The position numbers and the translations under genes are program-made. Under the pieces are notes generated by a model. That model was not told where the DNA came from, searched no databases, and worked only from the letters and a program-made list of their open reading frames with translations. A stretch of DNA of 64,000 bases from Macrostomum lignano (Eukaryota). Location of the stretch: contig NIVC01000010.1 in the NCBI GenBank assembly GCA_002269645.1, positions 2,294,001 through 2,358,000 on the forward strand, in the 5' to 3' direction. Every line of letters starts with the position of its first letter. The first letter of the stretch is position 1. This document shows, one piece after another, positions 55,137-64,000 of this stretch.

Positions 55137-55896
55137 TCAACTTACATTAATAATAAATTAGCCAAGTTTCTAGCTAAAAGGAACCATTTCCTCGACATAT
55201 ATTACTTTAAGTACCTATCCATAAACCAAAAATCTAGCTAAAAAATTGCTTAAGCATTCTAACAATTTATGCCACTATTTGAAGGCCTGGCAGTTGAAAT
55301 CGCTGTCAGGAGATAAGCTGCTGATAGATCAGGAAATTGAGCCGCAAGAGGAAAGATATTAAATATTGATTTTTGTCAGTAGCAAAATTCTTAGATTAAA
55401 ATCTCCTCTTTTTGAACAAAAAAATCTTTCTTCACCAGCTATTCAAAGAGATTCAAGGAACCGATTCGGCGGAAAAGTGCAACCCAGCTGGAGTCAGTAT
55501 TGATCCTCACTTGATGCTGGGGTCCCCCTGCCTCCCCTATTTGACTTCCGTTTCAGATAAAATCCCCTACCTTGCATAATTGCAGCCCTGACAGATCAGT
55601 TCTGTTAGCCAGTTGATAATAAATTTTCTATCTCACCTCAACTGTACAGGGAATTAACAGCAGGGCAGCACCCGTATTATTAGCATAGCAACCCAATCCC
55701 CATTGGTCACATACTCTGTTAGCCAATCCAGCCTTACAACAAAACCGATCAAGCGCAATACTTTGCCAACAAACCTCTAGCTAAACGTCGCGCGCCGCGT
55801 GCCCACAGGGACAAAATTTTACATGCATATTCGACAATATTGAAACTTCAAAAAACAACAAATACACTAAAATAAATACTAACAAGCAACATTGAA

Positions 55897-58800
55897 ATGC
55901 ATTCTGAGCTCACGGTGGCAGTTGGAATCTTTGCAATCATGGCTGTCAATCAATTTCAATTTGCTGTCGCTATTAAGCCGAAATTTCGACTGCTAGCTTT
56001 GCTGCCGTTCAACACGACGCATCAGTTCCGGGCCGAACTCATCCAGCCAAGTGTACCATTCGCTTTGGAGACTTTGAGAAGACTGAAACTCACTGAGCAG
56101 TTCGATTTGCAGATTAGCTTTGTGAACTCGACCTGCTCAAATCTTGCCGCACTGCCAGCCATGGAGCACCTGTACAGAGACGCCGTTGATGGATTTGTTG
56201 GTTTAGGATGTCCTGAGAGTTCGAGTCAGATTGTGCAGTTCTCTGGGTAAGTGTATCATGTTTTCTGTATTCATGTTCTTTTAAAGCGTTTTTATTGATT
56301 TGCGCTTTTTAAAATTATTTTTAATGGCTATATTTGTTTACATAACCTAACGTCTGAATAATAGATCTTGCGCCCTCTCTGCATTATAATAGATCTAGCG
56401 CTCTCTTTACATTAGATCTAGCACCCTCTCTAGATTATAATAGTTCTAGCGCCCTTCCCTACATCATATATTAGATCTATAGTGCTCTCTCTACATTATA
56501 ATAGATCTAAAACGCCTTTACTACATTATTATAGATCTAAAACGCCTTTACTACATTATAATAGATCTATAGCGCCCTTACCACATTATAATAGATCTAT
56601 AGTGCTCTCCCTACATTATAATAGATCTATAGTGCTCTCCCTACATTATAATAGATCTATAGTGCTCTCCCTATATTATAATAGATCTATAGTGCTCTCC
56701 CTACATTATAATAGATCTATAGTGCTCTCCCTACATTATAATAGATCTATAGCGCTCTCCCTACATTATAATAGATCTATAGTGCTCTCCCTACATTATA
56801 ATAGATCTATAGCGCTCTCCCTACATTATAATAGATCTATAGTGCTCTCCTTACATTATAATAGATCTATAGCGCTCTCCCTACATTATAATAGATCTAG
56901 TTCCCTACCTACATTATAATAGATCTATAGCGCTCTCCCTACATTATAATAGATCTATAGTGCTCTCCCTACATTATAATAGATCTATAGTGCTCTCCCT
57001 ACATTATAATAGATCTATAGTGCTCTCCTTACATTATAATAGATCTATAGTTCCCTCCCTACATAATAATAAATCTATAGCGCTCTCCCTACATTATAAT
57101 AGATCTATAGCGCTCTCGCTACATTATAATAGATCTATAGCGCTCTCCCTACATTATAATAGATCTATAGCGCTCTCGCTACATTATAATAGATCTATAG
57201 TGCTCTCCCTACATTATAATAGATCTATAGCGCTCTCCCTACATTATAATAGATCTATAGCGCTCTCGCTACATTATAATAGATCTATAGCGCTCTCCCT
57301 ACATTATAATAGATCTATAGCGCTCTCGCTACATTATAATAGATCTATAGTGCTCTCCCTACATTATAATAGATCTATAGCGCTCTCCCTACATTATAAT
57401 AGATCTATAGTGCTCTCCCTACATTATAATAGATCTATAGTGCTCTCCCTACATTATAATAGATCTATAGTGCTCTCCTTACATTATAATAGATCTATAG
57501 TTCCCTCCCTACATAATAATAAATCTATAGCGCTCTCCCTACATTATAATAGATCTATAGTGCTCTCCCTACATTATAATAGATCTATAGTGCTCTCCCT
57601 ACATTATAATAGATCTATAGTGCCCTCCCTACATTATAATAGATCTATAGTGCTCTCCCTACATTATAATAGATCTAGTTCCCTCCCTACATTATAATAG
57701 ATCTAGTTCCCTCCCTACATTATAATAGATCTATAGCGCTCTCCCTACATTATAATAGATCTATAGTGCTCTCCTTACATTATAATAGATCTATAGTGCT
57801 CTCGCTACATTATAATAAATCTATAGTGCTCTCCCTACATTATAATAGATCTCTAGTGCTCTCACTACATTATAATAGATCTCTAGTGCTCTCGCTACAT
57901 TATAATAGATCTATAGTGCTCTCACTACGTTATAATAGATCTCTAGTGCTCTCGCTACATTATAATAGATCTATAGTGCTCTCCCTACATTATAATAGAT
58001 CTATAGTGCTCTCCCTACATTATAATAGATCTATAGCGCTCTCCCTACATTATAATAGATCTATAGCGCTCTCCCTACATTATAATAGATCTATAGTTCT
58101 CTCCCTACATTATAATAGATCTATAGCGCTCTCCCTACATTATAATAGATCTATAGCGCTCTCCCTACATTATAATAGATCTATAGCGCTCTCCCTACAT
58201 TATAATAGATCTATAGTTCTCTCCCTACATTATAATAGATCTATAGCGCTCTCCCTACATTATAATAGATCTATAGTGCTCTCCCTACATTATAATAGAT
58301 CTATAGCGCTCTCGCTACATTATAATAGATCTATAGCGCTCTCGCTACATTATAATAGATCTATAGCGCTCTCGCTACATTATAATAGATCTAGTTCCCT
58401 CCCTACATTATAGTAGACCTAGCGCAATCCTCACACCTTTCAAACCAGATCAAGTGTCGCGCTCCGAGAACACCTACAACGAACTTAAATTAAAATTGAG
58501 CCAATATATATATAAGAACATCGAGTTGAACTTTCTAAATGCACGTGATTCCGAATTAAGCCACAGCTAAAGTCAGTTCACAGCACAAAAACCTTGATGC
58601 CAAAAAGCTAACTGAAATTTTAGTTTACTATATCTGGACAGCACAGCGTCATCCATTGAGCAACGCTAAATCCCTCTTTTTCAGTCCAAGCCTTTTAGCG
58701 TGCCACTCTAGTTGAAGTGCTTCGCTTAAACAATGCTTTTTATTCTCATTTTTAACTGACGCGTCCCCAGTTGATTGTTTGTTCATCACTTCAACTCTGA

Positions 58801-60789
58801 ATTCCACTCCGAAATTTCCACTGTTTCCTAATCGGATTTCTCCAAGAGTGACTGCTGAAGGGAGGGACAAAATAGACGGTTTGAGTAAATAATGGAAATT
58901 CGATGTAACAAAATGGGAAGATATCGGATGGGGAACTTTACTAGTTGTGCTTGATGAAGCGGGGTGGTTGATTTTGATACAGAGCTTCCCAACGACTTTC
59001 TTTTTTCAGGTAAACGCGTGTCAGTCACTTTGAAGACTTCCCTTTTCAATTTGCTTCACCTTCTCAAACCCTGACCTGCTTAAATTGTATGGCTTCTGAA
59101 AAAATATAGGGCTGCAAAAATTTCTAGCGAAACTGAACTAGATATTAGCTACTTACAGTAGGCGGCTTGCAAAGTTTTTTATTAATTTGGAACTAACTAA
59201 TATCGAGCGTACATTTATATATCAAGGAATACTCAAGTAGGACGGGAAAGTACGTTTCTTATAAAATGTTTATGAGGCTGGTTTTGGCCGAAAACTGGTT
59301 ATGAGTCTGCCTTCTATCGAAAGCAATAACAAATTTTTAAATGAAAAAATGAAAACTTCCTAACTCCGTAGTGTATTTTTCGGCGAGAACCAGCTAGCCT
59401 CAACATTTTCTAAGAAAATTAGTATCCATTCCTACATTTACTTAAGTAGTCCTTGGTATATATACGAGTAAAAGGATGCTGTATTTCATTTGTGCGAGTG
59501 TGTTAAGAGTCGCAACCTTACCCCAAGTCATCTCTATAGTTCATCTGCCCTCGTCTCTGCTTAATCTGCTTTCTTTCCCTTTCTGTCCAGTTCAGTCTTG
59601 TTATTTTTATCTCTCTCCCTCGCTGTCTTCTGATTGGCTATTCAATCTCGCCTCCTCGAGCTCTCTATGGCCAAAACTTTGTTAACCGTTTAGGGCTATT
59701 AACTGGTCGGGAATGTCAGAAGCTTGCTTTTTGTTTATAAAAACACAAATAATAGTCTATGGTAGACGGTATAGTCTATGGTAGACGGTATAGTCTATGG
59801 TAGACGGTAATAGTCTATGGTAGACGGTATAGTCTATGGAAGACGGTAATAGTCTATGGTAGACGGTAATAGTCTATGGTAGACGGTATAGTCTATGGTA
59901 GACGGTATAGTCTATGGTAGACGGTATAGTCTATGGTAGACGGTATAGTCTATGGTAGACGGTAATAGTCTATGGTAGACGGTATAGTCTATGGTAGACG
60001 GTATAGTCTATGGTAGACGGTATAGTCTGGGGTAGACGGTAATAGTCTATGGTAGACGGTATAGTCTAGGGTAGACGGTATAGTCTAGGGTAGACGGTAA
60101 TAGTCTATGGTAGACGGTAATAGTCTATGGTAGACGGTATAGTCTATGGTAGACGGTAATAGTCTATGGTAGACGGCATAGTCTATGGTAGACGGCATAG
60201 TCTATGGTAGACGGTAATATATAGTCTATGGTCTATTGTCTATATGGATATATACACGTATAAATTCTATAAATAGATATACATAAAAATCCAGTTGCCA
60301 GAAGCTTGCTTGGATTTAAAGCAATCTTTAACTCTTGATTTTTGGACAATCACTGTTTGCTTCTTCGATTTACTGTAAAATACTATTAAAATGTTTCTTT
60401 CCTACTGCAAGTAATAACAACTTTCTTTCGCAAAAAAAATTGCAGAGTAAAATGGAACAAAGCGGTGGTGAGCATCGGCTCAGTGGAATCTGTTTTTCGC
60501 GACACAACCAAAATTCAATACATCAACAATATTTTTGTTCGAGTGAGCTTCGATGGCGCGGAATTGATGGAATCTATTCTAAGAATGATATTTCTTAGAA
60601 ATGGTTGGCAAAGGTTTTTCGGCTTGTTCAGTTTGAATTACGGCTACGCTAACGAAGGCTGCAACTTGCACATTATGGATTTGAATCGGATGCGCAAGGA
60701 GCTGGGCATTGAGGCCGAGTTCTTGAGCGTCAGCAGGCTTGATCAGCTGCCGATGGCGTTTCGTAGAAAGATCGCTGCCCAGTACTCCG
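55897..60789 (+). CDS. Receptor guanylyl cyclase/NPR-type ectodomain, N-terminal module 3; join(55897..56246,60446..60789), open at a phase-1 donor (60790)
   Basis: Signal peptide, LLALLPFNTTHQFRAELIQPSVPFAL, NSTCS, VDGFVGLGCP, then across a phase-2 intron KWNKAVVSIGS..F..FVRV and NGWQRF. Confidence 0.82.
56375..58412. repeat. Intronic 30-bp minisatellite (CTACATTATAATAGATCTATAGTGCTCTCC)
   Basis: About 65 copies. Confidence 0.97.
59752..60232. repeat. Intronic 19-20-bp minisatellite (TAGTCTATGGTAGACGGTA)
   Basis: Read directly. Confidence 0.96.
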
Positions 60790-63700
60790 GTGAGGTGTCC
60801 GGATTTTATAGAGGCTATAATCATGCAATTGAATGAAGTATTCCTATGTGGGGCACTTTAGTTTTATAAATTAAATTAATATAATAATTATTATTATAAA
60901 TAACATAAAAACTATTATATATATTACACTAGTACATTAATAAAAGTTTTTATTAATGTTATTTCTGATTAGCTCGTAAATCTAACCATTAAATCAAAAA
61001 AAGAAGTTTCCAGCATTTTTCCGGATTTATATCATCTAGACAAAAATAAAGATGTTTCGACTGAGAAATATGAATTAATATGGGAAAATATCGATTTTTA
61101 CCTTGATACGATCTATATAGTAATTCTAGTTAATAATAAACGACATAGTTTTTATTCTTTTTACTAGAATCCCTGTTACTTCAGTAGTATAGTAGAAATC
61201 TATTCGCAAAATACGCTTTCCATTAAGAAGTTAACCCTCTGATTACAGTTAACTCAAACAGAAAACGAATCGATTTAGGAAAATGGAGCACCAGTTGTGT
61301 ACTCAAGCCTTTGCCTAATTGAACAATCACGTTTCTAAGTTTCTGTAAACTAGCAGGGGCGCGTAGTACTTGGTTGAATCGGACGCAAATTAGAGCCGAA
61401 AACTTAATCAAGCGGAGATAAAAAACATATAAACCTTAGCAGGTGTTCCTCCTTAGTTTGCCTAATGAGCTGTCTAAATGAGTGCGCAGCTGGACGCGAA
61501 AGTCATTGGAGTAGGCGGTGTGTCCTTAGTTTGTTTGCACGTTTGAGATGTCCGACAATTATTCCGCTCTGAGGATGTTTTGTATTACTAGTTTCAAGTT
61601 GATAAGCTCTTTATTGACTGCTTGATTATCCACTCAATTTTGAACAGAATAGACTTGGAGTAACTTTCCATAACAAATTACCTAAGGCTCGTTCACAACG
61701 CTATCTCAAATAAGGCTAGATTTCGTGTGATCACACATCTTGTACATCAAAGATTCCTTTGTACATCGGTTTGGTGTCTGGCTCATTTGATCGCAGTGTG
61801 AATCAGCTTTTCGTCCACTCGTCTGCACTTCTACCCCCCTCTGCCTCTGTCTGTACATCATGTGGATGTGGCTAAACTTATTTTCTCTTGTCTAGGCTTT
61901 GCCTTACTCTGATTGGCTGTCATGACATCTTTCCATCAATTCTCTCTTCCAGTCTTCAACATTCTGACTCAGCCTAAAAGCAACCCTAGAAATAAATAAT
62001 TTGCATAATTTTCGAGCCTTCCTATTTTGGCTGTTTAGACAGATTTCCAACGCCCCGATACACGCAAGCGAGGGAAAGTCTTGAGAGACTCGAGAGAAAA
62101 ACACAGGCTGCTCGACTCTCGAGCCTGGAAAGTCTTCAAGCTGTCAATAAAACTGATCGAAGCCGTCGAGTTCAGTCTCCGCCCTCAGCATCCTCCGTCT
62201 TCGCTTCCGCTCTCTGAGCTCCTCTGCAGCTGACTCTCTTCATTCTTTTCTCCACACGGCAGTCAGTTGAAGGCGTGGACTTCTAGATACACCATCTGGA
62301 CTGATATCCCCTGAATAATAGTCAATACAATCGTAGATAATGACAGATATTTTAGATTCACCCCGATAAATATCTATTTTTAAAACCGCCTTTGTTACTG
62401 AGTATAATTTAGGGAATGTACAGTTAAAAAACGTTCACTTCAACTCTGATAGGGATAGCTTCCAGTCCAGAGAGCTAGATTGTAGATCTGTAGAAGTCCT
62501 TGACTCCAGATAGAGAATGAAACTCACCCAGACTGCCTTGTGTGTGAGAGAGTGAGGCTCAACGCCAGCTGCCTACACAAGTGTGAGATGAGATGCAGAG
62601 GTCCCGTGAAACTATTTGAAGCCTGTGGCGTCAGGCTGTCTGCTTTTGTCCACATCTGCTTGCAAGTGCCAGTCAGTCAGTCCGTCAGGCTGTCAGTCTG
62701 TTTATTGTCACATTCGATGCTATCTCAGCTGCATTCATTCGCCTGCGGATTATCTAAAAGAGCAACTTGAATCTTGCAAGTTCGCATTAAGATTCTGGCC
62801 CGTACGTGGCTTATGAACTGTTCTTTGTCTTTTTGACGCAAAAATCTTTCTTAGATTTGTTTATTCTTAATGGATTTTTAAATCGCACTGACTCCTCAAA
62901 ATATGGTTCGTTTGCGTCATACTTTGAGAATATATTAGAATATATATACTCCTTATATAGGCCTCTAGGGAACTGAAGATCGGAGGATTTGATATTCTCA
63001 TATTTCATGATAGGTCTGCCGCTTTTATTGACAATTCTCTTATCTTCAACTGGAATCATAAAAAAATATTCATATATATTTGTGCTTGCCATAGCTGCTT
63101 ATTCTATACCATAAAGTACTGGCATATGTATATTCTGCAGAGGAAATCCATATAGGTAGTTTTAGATCTACTCAAAATATCGGCTGAGGTAATGTCCCAG
63201 ATGTTTTACTTTACACTTCTCAAATCAGCCCAGAAGGATTTATAAAGCTCAGCTTTGTGTGGTTTTCAATAGTCTGTGTGGTTTTCAATAGCTCGTAGAT
63301 TTCCTATCCTTTTTAAAAGCGTATCATCACATTAGTATAAGCATGCACAACCCTTGTCGCATGGGAAAGCCGCGGAATTTCCACGGGCCCCAATCGAGAT
63401 CGTCTGTACGAGTACACCGGGGGGGGGGCTTGCTGAAAACTCCACGAGTCGGTATAAAACTTTTGACACGTTTTCTGCTTCCAAAAGATACGTACATAGA
63501 TTGCATTGACAACGTGCAGCTACGGAATGAAAGCGTCCTGACGTCCCTGACTTGCGCCTATTAGTATTCGCTCGTCAGGGGATATCAGTCCATTAGTTCG
63601 TACATGAAATAGCCTAGGTACAATACAGCTTGCTGTGTGACATTACTACGACAGTATACGTACTATTTGTTGCACGTTGTTGGATTATTTATCACTTACG

Positions 63701-64000
63701 GGGTCTAAAAAGGTTTTTTTCCAAGATTCACCTCTGTCCCCATTTTCCCTTCCTTCTAACCGATACAGCAGCAGCTGCTGCAGCAGCGGCCAATCAGATT
63801 CTTCCATAGCTGTCTAGCTGGGATCTTTCCAATCGTCACTCGCCATTTAATATATGAAGGCCCACTCGCCACCTTAGCCTACTTTCTTTGCGCTGCTCAG
63901 TAGACGGTATCCCCCCTTTAGTCAGGTTATCGAAGACTACTGACAGACGATTTAGTAGGAAAAAGTCACAATGACGTCGAAAATTTCGTTGCTAATCATA

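Noticed and set aside
62811-63092. 93-aa minus-strand ATG ORF
   Set aside because: AT-rich, no recognisable domain or supporting exon structure.

Overview
Eukaryotic (animal) genomic DNA, not prokaryotic: spliced genes with GT-AG introns, and roughly 40% of the window is tandem repeat. The intron-filling minisatellites and gene set are reminiscent of a free-living flatworm such as Macrostomum (inference only). Genes: 3' part of a Nuf2-like coiled-coil gene (+), TRAPPC4 (+, complete), a BAHCC1/TNRC18 (winged-eye)-like Tudor+BAH gene (+, complete, one GC-AG intron) and a DEG/ENaC channel (-). There are also three separate signal-peptide-bearing N-terminal modules of a receptor guanylyl cyclase/natriuretic-peptide-receptor-type ectodomain (+). 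All three stop at a phase-1 splice donor at an equivalent position, and I found no downstream receptor exons. Top hypothesis: a protocadherin/UGT1A-like cluster of variable first exons feeding a shared constant region to the right of the window. Mobile DNA: a hAT-type fold-back MITE co-amplified inside a 16-bp satellite (1-8891), an internally deleted Merlin element, two CORE-like SINEs, further MITEs and a 64-bp TIR/TSD micro-element. The long ORFs in the ORF track are repeat artefacts. No CRISPR, rRNA or intact tRNA gene seen.
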